From Gammaproteobacteria bacterium (GTDB taxonomy: Bacteria > Pseudomonadota > Gammaproteobacteria > Eutrophobiales > Eutrophobiaceae): a stretch of DNA of 64,000 nucleotides. The stretch is from positions 2,528,001 to 2,592,000 of the forward strand of contig OZ244905.1 in assembly GCA_965221695.1 (NCBI GenBank), given 5' to 3'. This document shows positions 48,800 through 58,687 of this stretch, piece after piece. Positions within the stretch are counted from its first letter, which is position 1, and the number at the start of each line of letters is the position of its first letter. The position numbers were made by a program, and so were the translations under genes. The notes under the pieces are model-generated. The model was not told where the DNA came from and did not search any database. It saw only the letters and a program-made list of their open reading frames with translations.

Positions 48800-49639
48800 A
48801 TGAGCGCTGAAAGAAAAGAAGAAGATACGGTTGCATACGAGATTGAGAACCAGATTGCCTGGGTCAGGTTCAATCGCCCCGAAAAGCGTAACTGCATGAG
48901 TCCCAAACTGAATCGACAGATGATGCGCGTTCTTAAAGATATCGAGTTTCGAGAGGATGTTGGCGTGCTGGTCCTGACCGGTGAGGGAACAGCATGGTCT
49001 GCGGGCATGGATTTGAAAGAATACTTCCGCGAAACCGAGGCACAAGGTCTTGGCGCTATCCGGGAAGCCCAGAGCGAAGCCTATGGCTGGTGGCGCAAGC
49101 TGCGTTGGTACCAGAAACCTACGATAGCAATGGTTAATGGTTGGTGTTTCGGCGGTGGTTACGGCCCGCTCCATGCCTGTGATTTGGCATTTGCCGCAGA
49201 AGACGCGCAGTTCGGCCTTAGCGAAATAAATTGGGGCATCCTGCCCGGCGGTGGGGCAACCAAGGTTGCCACCAATTTGCTGAATATGCGGAATGCGATG
49301 TATCACGCCCTGATGGGAGAGAACATTGATGGCAAAACTGCTGCGGCATGGGGATTGGTAAACGAGGCGGTTCCTCAGGCAGCACTGAAAAGCCGTGTTA
49401 TTGAAGTGGCTGAGACTTTGCTGGAAAAGAACCCCGTGGCGCTGAAGGCAACCAAGGATGCAATTCGCCGGGTGATGGAAATGACTTATGACAATGCTGA
49501 GGATTTCCTGATTCGAGCACAGGAATCCGCAAACTTTTTTGATAATCAGGGTCGCAAAGCGGGAATTAAGCAATTTATAGATGAAAAGACCTACAAGCCG
49601 GGTCTGGGAGCATACGACAAGTCTAAACAGGCTGACTGA
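48800..49639 (+). CDS. ech: p-Hydroxycinnamoyl-CoA hydratase/lyase (HCHL)
   Basis: NRPEKRNCMSP, WSAGMDLKEYFRE, GWCFGGG, LSEINWGILPGGG and C-terminal YKPGL; GGAGG RBS. Confidence 0.93.
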   Translation: MSAERKEEDTVAYEIENQIAWVRFNRPEKRNCMSPKLNRQMMRVLKDIEFREDVGVLVLTGEGTAWSAGMDLKEYFRETEAQGLGAIREAQSEAYGWWRKLRWYQKPTIAMVNGWCFGGGYGPLHACDLAFAAEDAQFGLSEINWGILPGGGATKVATNLLNMRNAMYHALMGENIDGKTAAAWGLVNEAVPQAALKSRVIEVAETLLEKNPVALKATKDAIRRVMEMTYDNAEDFLIRAQESANFFDNQGRKAGIKQFIDEKTYKPGLGAYDKSKQAD

Positions 49640-49654
49640 GGACGATCCGCGGAA

Positions 49655-51121
49655 ATGGATTATGTAGCGCTACATGCGCGTTTTCGGCCAGACAAGCTGG
49701 CGGTTTCCGACTTGGCACACAAGCGTCACTGGACCTACTCACAGTTTGATCAATGCATCGCCCGCTGCGTAACAGCGCTTCAAACGAGCGAAATAGCGGC
49801 AGGAGACAGGGTAGCCGCTCTTTCGAAAAACAGGGCGGAGCTGATTACTCTCCACCTGGCCTGCGCGCGCATGGGCGCTATATTTGTTCCCTTGAACTGG
49901 CGGCTCTCTCCTGCGGAAATTAGTCACCTTATTGATGACTGTATGCCGACCCTGCTGATGGGTGACAGCATGGCGGGAAGCGTTGGTGTTGATTACCAGC
50001 CTATCGAAGAATTATTTGAGCGCTGCGATAGCTGCGAGCCAGCTTTTCCACCTGCGGTATCGGCGGACCTGCCATCTTTGATTCTTTATACTTCGGGTAC
50101 CACCGGTAAGCCCAAGGGTGTCATGCTCAGTGAGCGTAACATTACGGAGACCGCTATCAACTTTTCGATATTGGGAGATGTGGAAAGTCAGAGCGGGTTT
50201 CTTTGTGAATCGCCCATGTTTCACATAGTAGGATTGATCACATCAGTTCGACCACCATTTCTGCGAGGTGGGCATGTTGTCATTTCGGATGGTTTTGTTC
50301 CTGAACGCACGCTGAGCCGGTTGTCAGACCCGGAGCTTAACATCAGCCACTTTTTCTGTGTTCCGCAGATGGCTCGTGCCTTACGCAGAGAGGATAGTTT
50401 TGATCCTGAAAAATTACGTCACCTTAAAGCAATTTTTACAGGTGGCGCGCCACATCCGGAGGCACAAATCCGCGAGTGGTTGAACGATGGTATCGCGCTT
50501 GTTGACGGGTACGGCAGCTCAGAAGCAGGCACTGTTTTTGGCATGCCCCTGGACAGAACCATCATTGACTCGAAAGCAGGTTCTGTTGGTGTGCCGACAC
50601 CGCGTATCGGTCATCGACTTGTGGACAACAATGGAAATACAGTTCCTGACGGTATTGAAGGCGAATTGCAGTTGCGGGGAGACAATGTCACTGCCGGTTA
50701 CTGGCAGCGGGAAAATGATTACTCGGAATATTTTACCGACGACGGCTGGTTCCTTACCGGTGATATCCTGATGATCGACGAAGATGGTTTCTATCGAGTT
50801 ATTGATCGAAAAAAGGATATGTATATATCCGGCGGTGAAAATATCTATCCCGCCGAAATTGAAGCGCTTCTGGCCAAATTTCCTGGTGTGACGGAAATAA
50901 CAGTAGCGGGTGTTCCTGACAAAAAGTGGGGGGATGTCGGTTGTATTTTTTACGTCACAGATTCGGCAACTGTTACGATTGAAGAGTTTTCTGATTTTCT
51001 CAGCGGAAAACTTGCCCGCTACAAGTTACCACGCAAAGCGCTGAAGCTGGAAAAAATACCCAGGAACAGCGCAGGAAAAATTCTGAAGCACGCACTTAAA
51101 GAAATGTTCATAGGCCAGTGA
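49655..51121 (+). CDS. AMP-forming acyl-CoA ligase, putative hydroxycinnamoyl/feruloyl-CoA synthetase
   Basis: YTSGTTGKPKG, GYGSSEAG, GWFLTGD and SGGENIYPAEIE; follows ech. Confidence 0.8.
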   Translation: MDYVALHARFRPDKLAVSDLAHKRHWTYSQFDQCIARCVTALQTSEIAAGDRVAALSKNRAELITLHLACARMGAIFVPLNWRLSPAEISHLIDDCMPTLLMGDSMAGSVGVDYQPIEELFERCDSCEPAFPPAVSADLPSLILYTSGTTGKPKGVMLSERNITETAINFSILGDVESQSGFLCESPMFHIVGLITSVRPPFLRGGHVVISDGFVPERTLSRLSDPELNISHFFCVPQMARALRREDSFDPEKLRHLKAIFTGGAPHPEAQIREWLNDGIALVDGYGSSEAGTVFGMPLDRTIIDSKAGSVGVPTPRIGHRLVDNNGNTVPDGIEGELQLRGDNVTAGYWQRENDYSEYFTDDGWFLTGDILMIDEDGFYRVIDRKKDMYISGGENIYPAEIEALLAKFPGVTEITVAGVPDKKWGDVGCIFYVTDSATVTIEEFSDFLSGKLARYKLPRKALKLEKIPRNSAGKILKHALKEMFIGQ

Positions 51122-51122
51122 T

Positions 51123-52424
51123 ATGAGAAATAACCCTCAGCAGATTCTGGATGAAATGCCCATGGGGCGACTACAGGTCGCCGCCGTTTGCATTTGCGTA
51201 TTGCTTAACGGCCTGGACGGTTTTGATGTCCTGGCAATCAGTTTCGCTGCGCCAGGTATCGCCGCGGAATGGGGGATCAACCGCGCTGCGCTGGGTGTCG
51301 TACTGTCGATGGAGTTGATAGGCATGTCCATAGGATCTATTTTTCTGGGCGGAGTTGCGGACCGCTTTGGCCGCCGACCGATGATTCTGCTTTGCCTGGT
51401 ATTGATGACAGCGGGTATGTTTCTGGCAGCACAAGCGGGAGATGTCGTCACATTGTCACTGATTCGTCTTGTCACAGGTCTAGGAATAGGCGGTATGCTT
51501 GCCTCGACCAACGCCATGGTAGCGGAATATTCCAATGCCAGGCGACGTGACTTTTGCATTGCAGTGATGGTAGCCGGATATCCGTTGGGAGTAATAATCG
51601 GAGGTACCTTCGCTTCGATGCTGTTGGCATATTTTGACTGGCGATCGGTGTTCCTGCTCGGGGCAGTAGGAACAGCGGCCATGTTCCCGGTAGTGTGGCT
51701 ATTTTTACCCGAGTCAATTGCTCACCTGGTACATAAACGGGGACCGGGGGCATTGGAAAAGATAAACGCCACATTAAAACGCATGGGGCACGGTATTATT
51801 GATGCATTGCCGGAACTTGCAGAAGAAGGTCCCAAAGCCAGTTGGCGGGACCTGTTTTCGCCCGGCCTGGTCCGTATTACCCTGTTACTCACCCTGTGTT
51901 ACCTGACGCATATCATGACCTTTTACTTCATTTTAAAATGGGTGCCCAAGATAGTCGTAGATATGGGCTTTGCTGCCTCAGCAGCCGGTGGCGTACTGGT
52001 CTGGGCGAGCGTAGGCGGCGCCGCTGGTTCGTATCTGTTCGGGTGGTTAACACATTATTTTCGGCTGCGAAGATTGGTCATATTTGCGATGGCAGGTTCA
52101 GTGATAATGGTCAACATCTTCGGACAAGGTCAGTCCGACCTGACAACATTGGCTGCAGTCGCTTGCCTGGCAGGAATATTTACCAATTCCGCAATTGTCG
52201 GCCTGTATGCCTTGTTTGCCCGATTGTTTCCAACGCATTTACGCGCAGGGGGCACTGGTTTTGTTATAGGTGTTGGTCGCGCCGGCGCCGTTCTTGGCCC
52301 GATAATAGCAGGCATCCTTTTTGAAAGCGGCGAGGGACTGGCTGGGGTTGCATTCATCATGGCGTTGGGTTCTCTCGTTGCCGCAATCCTGCTAACGATG
52401 TTGCGCGATCCCGATCCATCTTGA
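51123..52424 (+). CDS. Aromatic acid:H+ symporter family MFS transporter
   Basis: LDGFDV, ADRFGRRP and FPTHLRAGGTG. Confidence 0.85.
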   Translation: MRNNPQQILDEMPMGRLQVAAVCICVLLNGLDGFDVLAISFAAPGIAAEWGINRAALGVVLSMELIGMSIGSIFLGGVADRFGRRPMILLCLVLMTAGMFLAAQAGDVVTLSLIRLVTGLGIGGMLASTNAMVAEYSNARRRDFCIAVMVAGYPLGVIIGGTFASMLLAYFDWRSVFLLGAVGTAAMFPVVWLFLPESIAHLVHKRGPGALEKINATLKRMGHGIIDALPELAEEGPKASWRDLFSPGLVRITLLLTLCYLTHIMTFYFILKWVPKIVVDMGFAASAAGGVLVWASVGGAAGSYLFGWLTHYFRLRRLVIFAMAGSVIMVNIFGQGQSDLTTLAAVACLAGIFTNSAIVGLYALFARLFPTHLRAGGTGFVIGVGRAGAVLGPIIAGILFESGEGLAGVAFIMALGSLVAAILLTMLRDPDPS

Positions 52425-52536
52425 CATGGTCAGGAAAACAGACTGCACCAAACCATACCAACCACACCCGTTCAGTGCAGGAAGGGAACGATTTACACTG
52501 AATCCTGTCGAACTTTAACGTACTATTGATCCTTGC

Positions 52537-52571
52537 TTGACTGGACTCCCTCTTGCGCGGGAGTGGTAAGG
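52537..52571. repeat. REP-like element family A (single hairpin)
   Basis: TTGACTGGACTCCCTCTTGCGCGGGAGTGGTA. Confidence 0.7.
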
Positions 52572-52657
52572 TGGCGACTTGGTTGCGCGTGGTCTCACAA
52601 GTCCAGGATGGACTTGTCCAGAACAATCTAAGATAATGCGGGTGCGGGGAATAACTT

Positions 52658-53605
52658 ATGTATTTTACAAAAAACGTAATAAGAGCATTAAGACCTTCGC
52701 TTATTATTGTCTTGCTGGCCCTGGTGGCCGGTTGTAACACGACGCCCGTAAGCCGGACATCCGGTGCGCCGGGCGCGCCAGGGTCGCCTGGATCGCCCGG
52801 GCCATCAGGCTCCCCCGGCTCAACCGGTTCTTCCGGCCCATCCATACAGGTGGAGGCGCCGGGCATGCCCGGTGTGCCTGGCGTACCGGGCGTGCCGGGG
52901 CTGCCCACAACCGGTTCGGGTGATGGTGGGGGCGCCTCCGCTCCTGTTACGGTCTCCATACCAACGCCGTCGACCGGCGCCCCGCCCGCAAGCGCCGGCA
53001 CAGGTCAGCCCACGACGCAGACCGGCGCAGCACAACAACCGGCCGGCTCTACACCCAGCGTCGGCGGCCAGGGCAAGAGCGACGATCAAATCCTGGCGGA
53101 AGCCTTGGAGGAACTCAATAAACGGCCCGGCGCGGGGCAACCGGGCGAGAGCGCTGCCGGGCAAACGCCACAGGCTGGTGGCGGCAATCCGGCAACTACC
53201 GATGCCGAGAAGAAGCAATCCCTGGGCAAGGAACTGGAACAGGGTTTTGCCGAATTCGACGAGCTGATGCTGAACGAAAAGCAGGCAAACAGGCAGCGCG
53301 CGGACCAGGAGGGCTTCGCGGACTTCCCCGAGGATGATGACCTGCTTGCCGGGAACGATCCGGCGCAAGGCGGCGCTGAAGGGCCCTTGCAGACCGCAAT
53401 GGTGGATTCCGACCCCGCATCCATCAAGGGCGATATGAATATCCCGACACGCAGCCACAGCCAGGTCCCGCCTGATCTGGCGGATGCCAAGGATGACGAT
53501 ATTATTGCGCGCCAATTGCGCGAGGCCGCGATGAAAGAACAGGATCCCGAGCTAAGGGAAAAGCTCTGGGACGAATATCGCAAGTACAAGCGAGATTTAA
53601 GATGA
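52658..53605 (+). CDS. Pro/Gly-rich lipoprotein with collagen-like Gly-X-Y run
   Basis: Lipobox LVAGC; GAPGAPGSPGSPGPSGSPGSTGSSGPS; helical C-terminus DDDIIARQLREAA...LWDEY. Confidence 0.75.
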   Translation: MYFTKNVIRALRPSLIIVLLALVAGCNTTPVSRTSGAPGAPGSPGSPGPSGSPGSTGSSGPSIQVEAPGMPGVPGVPGVPGLPTTGSGDGGGASAPVTVSIPTPSTGAPPASAGTGQPTTQTGAAQQPAGSTPSVGGQGKSDDQILAEALEELNKRPGAGQPGESAAGQTPQAGGGNPATTDAEKKQSLGKELEQGFAEFDELMLNEKQANRQRADQEGFADFPEDDDLLAGNDPAQGGAEGPLQTAMVDSDPASIKGDMNIPTRSHSQVPPDLADAKDDDIIARQLREAAMKEQDPELREKLWDEYRKYKRDLR

Positions 53606-54804
53606 AAACAAGTCATTTCAAACTGGCAGCGACCGTTGTATTGGCATGTTTCAGCCTGGTTGCATGCAACACGACCACGGTAAAGACAACCAGTTACGAG
53701 GAAGTGGCGATCGAAGCCGAGACGACGCCGGAAGAATTATTGCTGGATGTGGGGATCGGCATCTTCAACCCTGGTACTGACACGTTAAGCGTTGAGGAAG
53801 AGGGTGTGTTTCCGAAGATTCGCGAGGCAGAGGCGCGTTTCATGCCGTACAAACTGATGGAGACACTGCAGCATACCGGCAACTGGGGCGTGGTGCGGGT
53901 GATTCCGGACCGCCTCAGCGAAATGGATCTGTGGGTTGACGGGGAAATCCTGAAGTCTGACGGGGAAAACCTGTGGCTGCAAATTACCGTGGAAGACGCG
54001 ACGGGAAAACGCTGGTTCAGCAAGAAATATACAGGGGTGGCCGGGAAGTACTCGTATGACGATACGACTTCCAATGACCGCGAACCGTTCCAGAGGGTCT
54101 ACAACCAGATAGCTAACGATTTGCTGGGTTATCGCAGCCTGTATGACGCGGCTGAGATCCGGAACATGCGTACCGTTGCAGAGTTGAAGTTTGCCCGGGA
54201 TTTCTCTCCGCAGGTGTTCCACGATTACCTGGCGTTGGATGACAAGGGACGCTATGTGGTGAAACGCCTGCCCGCCGCAGATGACCCGAGCCTGCAACAG
54301 GTTCGCCAGATCCGGGAGCGGGACTACATCTTCGTCGACACGTTGCAGCAGTATTACGCCTCGTTCGTCGACCAGATGGAGGAGCCGTACCGGGAATGGC
54401 GCGAGGCATTCTACCTGGAAAGCCAGGCATTAAAGGAGGTCAGGTCGGAAGCGAACACCCGACTGGTCGGCGGCGCGCTGGCCGTGCTGGCCGGCATCCT
54501 GGCCCAGGGCGTTGACAGCCGGACGGCAAATACTGCCGGTTGGGTCGGTATCGGCGCCGGCGCGGCCGCGATCCAGAGCGGATTGCAAAAGCGTGAAGAG
54601 GCCAAGATCCATGTGGAAGCGCTGGAAGAGGTGTCCGCTTCCCTGGATTCGGAGATAGAACCCCATTCCATAGACCTGGAGGACCGCACGGTTACTCTAT
54701 CGGGTTCGGTAAATGAACAATACGGTCAATGGCGACGGATTTTGCAGGAAATTCATGCTACGGAAACCGGACAGCCATTGATTCCGGCAAATGACGGGTC
54801 CTGA
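53602..54804 (+). CDS. Hypothetical lipoprotein
   Basis: Lipobox LVAC; Gly-zipper-like hairpin near the C-terminus; ATGA overlap with upstream gene. Confidence 0.75.
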   Translation: MKTSHFKLAATVVLACFSLVACNTTTVKTTSYEEVAIEAETTPEELLLDVGIGIFNPGTDTLSVEEEGVFPKIREAEARFMPYKLMETLQHTGNWGVVRVIPDRLSEMDLWVDGEILKSDGENLWLQITVEDATGKRWFSKKYTGVAGKYSYDDTTSNDREPFQRVYNQIANDLLGYRSLYDAAEIRNMRTVAELKFARDFSPQVFHDYLALDDKGRYVVKRLPAADDPSLQQVRQIRERDYIFVDTLQQYYASFVDQMEEPYREWREAFYLESQALKEVRSEANTRLVGGALAVLAGILAQGVDSRTANTAGWVGIGAGAAAIQSGLQKREEAKIHVEALEEVSASLDSEIEPHSIDLEDRTVTLSGSVNEQYGQWRRILQEIHATETGQPLIPANDGS

Positions 54805-56341
54805 AGATCCCGGTTTTGTTCCCATCAAGCCGGCGGCGGTCGACCTGACCGCCGCCCCCGCGCAACAACAGAAAACACCGCGCTTCGGCAACCGGCCCCT
54901 GCTATGGCTGGGGGCGGGCGCGTCCTTGTGCGTCGCCGCGCTGGTTGTTTTCCTGCTGCCGCATTGGATTGACAAACCCGTTATCGAACCCGGCAGGACG
55001 GCGCCCGCGGCTGCGCCGAGCGTGTCGGAACCGGCATTACCCGTCGGGAATGCCTCACAACCGGCGCAGAGCGCGGTTGCCGCAGGCGATGCGCCCTGGC
55101 GGAAGGCGCAACAATTCTCCCAGCGCAAAGCGAGCCAGGAAATTCTGGAACAGTTGCTGGAGGTGCAACAAACCCTGGAAGAGAAGGGGGTGACGGTATG
55201 GGGCAGGAAAGAATACGAGCGCGCGCTGGAACATGCCAGAGCCGGTGATGCGGAATACAGCCGGCAGAATTTCCCCCAGGCACATGATCATTATGCCCAG
55301 GCATTGGAAATCTTCACCGGGTTGCTGCAAGGCGTGGAGGAATTATTCTCCGGCGCCATGGACTCCGGCAACGCGGCGTTGTCAGCCGGCGATGCAGCGG
55401 CGGCCACAGACGCGTTCACTATCGCGCTCGCCATCGACCCCATTGATCGGTCAGCGCTGCAAGGGATGGAACGGGCGGAGACCTTAGATGAGGTCATGGG
55501 CCTGGTTGGCAGGGGCGATGAGTTGTTGCGGGATGGCAACGCAGAGCAGGCCAAAGCCCTGTACCAGCAGGCCCTGGCGCTGGACAGCCAATCGGAGCGT
55601 GCCCGGCAACAACTGCAGTCAGCGGAAAGCGCTATCAGCGAGGGCGCCTTCAACCAGGCCATGTCTTCGGGTTTCCGTTTGCTGGAGCAAGGGCAATATG
55701 CGCAGGCGCGGGACGCGTTTTCCGACGCGCTCAAACTGAAGCCGCGTTCACGGGCCGCACGCAACGGCCTTGAGCAGACGCAACATCGAATCACCTCAGC
55801 AAAGATTAACGCAGCGTTGCAACAGGCAGAAACCGCCCAACAGAACGAGGACTGGCAGGGCGCTGTTGCCGCATACGATGTTGCTCTGAAGCTGGACCAC
55901 AGTTTGGGCAATGCCCGCGAAGCCAGGGACCGGGCAGCCCTGCGCAGTGAAATACACACGAGGCTGGAGCAGATACTGGCCCAACCGGAACGGCTGTTTG
56001 ACAACAGTGTGTATACGGAAGTTGCCGGTTTTCGTGATCGGATACAATCGCTGTCCGAACCGGGTCCCGTGCTGACAAGACAACTGGCGGAACTGAACCG
56101 CATCCTGGCCCTGGCGGATACGCCGGTAACGGTGGAGTTCAGGTCCGACAGCCAGACCCGGGTCACCCTCTACAAGGTCGGTGAACTCGGTTATTTCACT
56201 ACTAAAAGCCTGTCGCTGCGCCCGGGCCACTACGTGGCCGCCGGACGCCGTGACGGTTATCGCGATGTACGCGTTGAATTCTTTGTTGATCCTGACAAAG
56301 CCCTGCCGCCAGTGCTTGTCAGCAGCAGCGAAAAGATCTAG
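54791..56341 (+). CDS. Membrane-anchored TPR protein
   Basis: One N-terminal TM helix, multiple TPR-like repeats (ALAIDP, ALALDS, ALKLKP) and a C-terminal beta domain. Confidence 0.8.
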   Translation: MTGPEDPGFVPIKPAAVDLTAAPAQQQKTPRFGNRPLLWLGAGASLCVAALVVFLLPHWIDKPVIEPGRTAPAAAPSVSEPALPVGNASQPAQSAVAAGDAPWRKAQQFSQRKASQEILEQLLEVQQTLEEKGVTVWGRKEYERALEHARAGDAEYSRQNFPQAHDHYAQALEIFTGLLQGVEELFSGAMDSGNAALSAGDAAAATDAFTIALAIDPIDRSALQGMERAETLDEVMGLVGRGDELLRDGNAEQAKALYQQALALDSQSERARQQLQSAESAISEGAFNQAMSSGFRLLEQGQYAQARDAFSDALKLKPRSRAARNGLEQTQHRITSAKINAALQQAETAQQNEDWQGAVAAYDVALKLDHSLGNAREARDRAALRSEIHTRLEQILAQPERLFDNSVYTEVAGFRDRIQSLSEPGPVLTRQLAELNRILALADTPVTVEFRSDSQTRVTLYKVGELGYFTTKSLSLRPGHYVAAGRRDGYRDVRVEFFVDPDKALPPVLVSSSEKI

Positions 56342-56477
56342 ACAACATGCTTGAACCTGCGCGCAAGCTCAAACACGAAGCTTTTGGCTTTCACCAAGCG
56401 CTGCTCGACACTACGCTGGGAGCGCGGGTGCCACCAGCTTGGGATCGCCCGATGTATCTGCCAGTCTGATTGAAGCC

Positions 56478-58550
56478 ATGTCAAAAGATCCCTCAACGAA
56501 TGAAGACAGGCCCGGCCGAATCGAGGCGGCACAGTATGTACCGCTCTCGTCAAAAAAATCCGCCCGATCCATTCGGGTTAATCCGCGGCGTTTCCTCATC
56601 GCCGCGTTGCTGACGCTCGGCGCGTTTTGCGCGTGGTTCATGTTCAGCGCCAGAGCCGTTTATATCGAAACAGAGCCCGCGAATGCCGGCATAGAGCTGT
56701 CCGGCTCACTGAAACTGAAGCTGGCGCACCGCTACCTGCTGCGCCCCGGCGCCCATGATCTTCTCGTCTCCGCCGAGGGCTTCCGGCCGTTACGGGAAAC
56801 ACTTGTCGTCAGCGCAGAGGCTGCCCAACACTACCTGTACCGGCTGGAAAAACTGCCCGGCCACCTGCTCATCGACAGCGGCGCGGTAACCGGCGCAGAG
56901 GCGCTGCTGGACGGTATTTCCAGAGGGAACACGCCGTTGCGCGTCGGCGACCTGGCGCCGGGCGAGTATCTGCTGGAGATCAGGGCCGAGCGTTATCTGC
57001 CATGGCGCGGGGAGATAATGATAGAAGGAATGGATCGTGAACAGTCGGTGAGCGCAGAGTTAAAGCCGGCCTGGGCGGAAGTCAGTATTGCGTCGGAACC
57101 GGCTGCTGCGCAGGTGTTCAGCGGGGACGAAATACTTGGCACAACGCCGCTCAGCGCGCAACTGCTGCAGGGCAGGTATGAGATCAGGATCAAGGCAGAC
57201 GGCTACAAGGTCTGGCAGGACTCGATTAACGTGGTCGCGGGCAAACCACAGTCCCTCTCCGACATCAGGCTGGAACCGGCAGACGCCACGCTGTTCCTGG
57301 TGTCCACGCCAGCCCGGGCGAATGCCACCATCAACGGCAACTTCATGGGCCTGACGCCGCTGGAAGTCGCAATCACGCCCGGAGAAGCCACCCGAATTCG
57401 ACTGTTCAAACAGGGTTACAACCCGGCCACGAACTCCGTGACCGCGCAGTCGGGCGAGCAGAAAAGACTATCTGTAACCCTGGAACCGGAACTGGTGGCG
57501 GTGGCAGTCAGGGTCGATCCTGCTGATGCGCAATTATTCGTCGACGGCGCGCCGGTTGGAGAGGGCAGCCGTACTTTGCAGTTGCCCACTCGCAAACACC
57601 GGATCGAGGTGCGCAAGCAGGGTTACGTCGATTACAAGACTGAGCTGACACCCCATTTCGGAGTCGAGCATGAATTGGTCGTGCGCTTGAAGTCGGTCAA
57701 ACAGGCAAAGCTGGAGGCTCTCAAACCAGTCATTACGGCGCCGGCCGGTCAAACCCTGAAGCTGTTGTACCCGGACGCCGTTACCATGGGCGCGTCGCGC
57801 CGGGAACCAGGGCGCGGGGCCAATGAAATCCTGCGCAACGTCAAGCTCACGCGGCCGTTTTACCTGGCGCTGAAAGAGGTGACAAATCAGGAATACCGGT
57901 TGTTCGACAAGGGTTTTACGTCCGGGGCCGAGCGCGGCAACAGCCTGAATGGGGACAAACAGCCGGCGGTAAAACTCACCTGGGAGCAGGCGGCAAACTA
58001 TTGCAACTGGTTGAGCAAAGAAGCCTCCCTGACCCCGTTCTACGTTGAACAGGACGGCAAAATTACCGGTTTTGATAACACCGCAAACGGCTACCGCCTG
58101 CCGACCGAGGCGGAATGGGCCTGGGCCGCGCGTACCACGAGCACAGGGCAAACGCTAAAGTTCCCTTGGGGCGCAGAGATGCCTCCCACAAAAAACAGTG
58201 GCAATTACGCCGACCGTAAAGCCGCATCCTTGTTCAGCAGGGTCATCGTCAACTACGATGACGGTTATGTCGTCAGCGCGCCGGTAGGCAGTTTTCCGCC
58301 CAACGGCAAAGGCCTGTTCGACCTGGGCGGCAACGTCGCGGAATGGGTCAACGATTTCTACGGCGTCGAAGTCAGCGCCGGCGGCAAAGTTGAACTCGAC
58401 CCCATGGGACCGGCAAGCGGCGAGTTCCGAGTCATCCGCGGCTCAAGCTGGGCACACGGCGCCATTACCCAACTACGCCTGTCATTCCGCGACTACGACA
58501 ACAAGGCCCGAAACGACGTAGGCTTCAGGATTGCCCGTTTTGCGGATTGA
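56478..58550 (+). CDS. PEGA-repeat + FGE-sulfatase (SUMF1-like) domain protein
   Basis: TM anchor; several PEGA repeats (SEPAAAQV..G.TPL); RLPTEAEW, DLGGNVAEW, RGSSW and VGFRIAR. Confidence 0.9.
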   Translation: MSKDPSTNEDRPGRIEAAQYVPLSSKKSARSIRVNPRRFLIAALLTLGAFCAWFMFSARAVYIETEPANAGIELSGSLKLKLAHRYLLRPGAHDLLVSAEGFRPLRETLVVSAEAAQHYLYRLEKLPGHLLIDSGAVTGAEALLDGISRGNTPLRVGDLAPGEYLLEIRAERYLPWRGEIMIEGMDREQSVSAELKPAWAEVSIASEPAAAQVFSGDEILGTTPLSAQLLQGRYEIRIKADGYKVWQDSINVVAGKPQSLSDIRLEPADATLFLVSTPARANATINGNFMGLTPLEVAITPGEATRIRLFKQGYNPATNSVTAQSGEQKRLSVTLEPELVAVAVRVDPADAQLFVDGAPVGEGSRTLQLPTRKHRIEVRKQGYVDYKTELTPHFGVEHELVVRLKSVKQAKLEALKPVITAPAGQTLKLLYPDAVTMGASRREPGRGANEILRNVKLTRPFYLALKEVTNQEYRLFDKGFTSGAERGNSLNGDKQPAVKLTWEQAANYCNWLSKEASLTPFYVEQDGKITGFDNTANGYRLPTEAEWAWAARTTSTGQTLKFPWGAEMPPTKNSGNYADRKAASLFSRVIVNYDDGYVVSAPVGSFPPNGKGLFDLGGNVAEWVNDFYGVEVSAGGKVELDPMGPASGEFRVIRGSSWAHGAITQLRLSFRDYDNKARNDVGFRIARFAD

Positions 58551-58687
58551 ACGGGATAAGCATCAATTGTGTGTCGGTTTCTTTTCGTTATAGGGTGAAC
58601 CTGGCTGTTGGCCTGCGACCGGAAGGCGTTTCAGACTTTAATATCCATCCGGATACCTTCGTCTTTGATTATTTCAGGAACCGGGGC

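Noticed and set aside
55291-56166. Long antisense or alternate-frame ORFs (also 33672-34598, 36178-37260, 48776-49573)
   Set aside because: Shadow ORFs opposite well-supported GC-rich genes, with no recognisable motifs.
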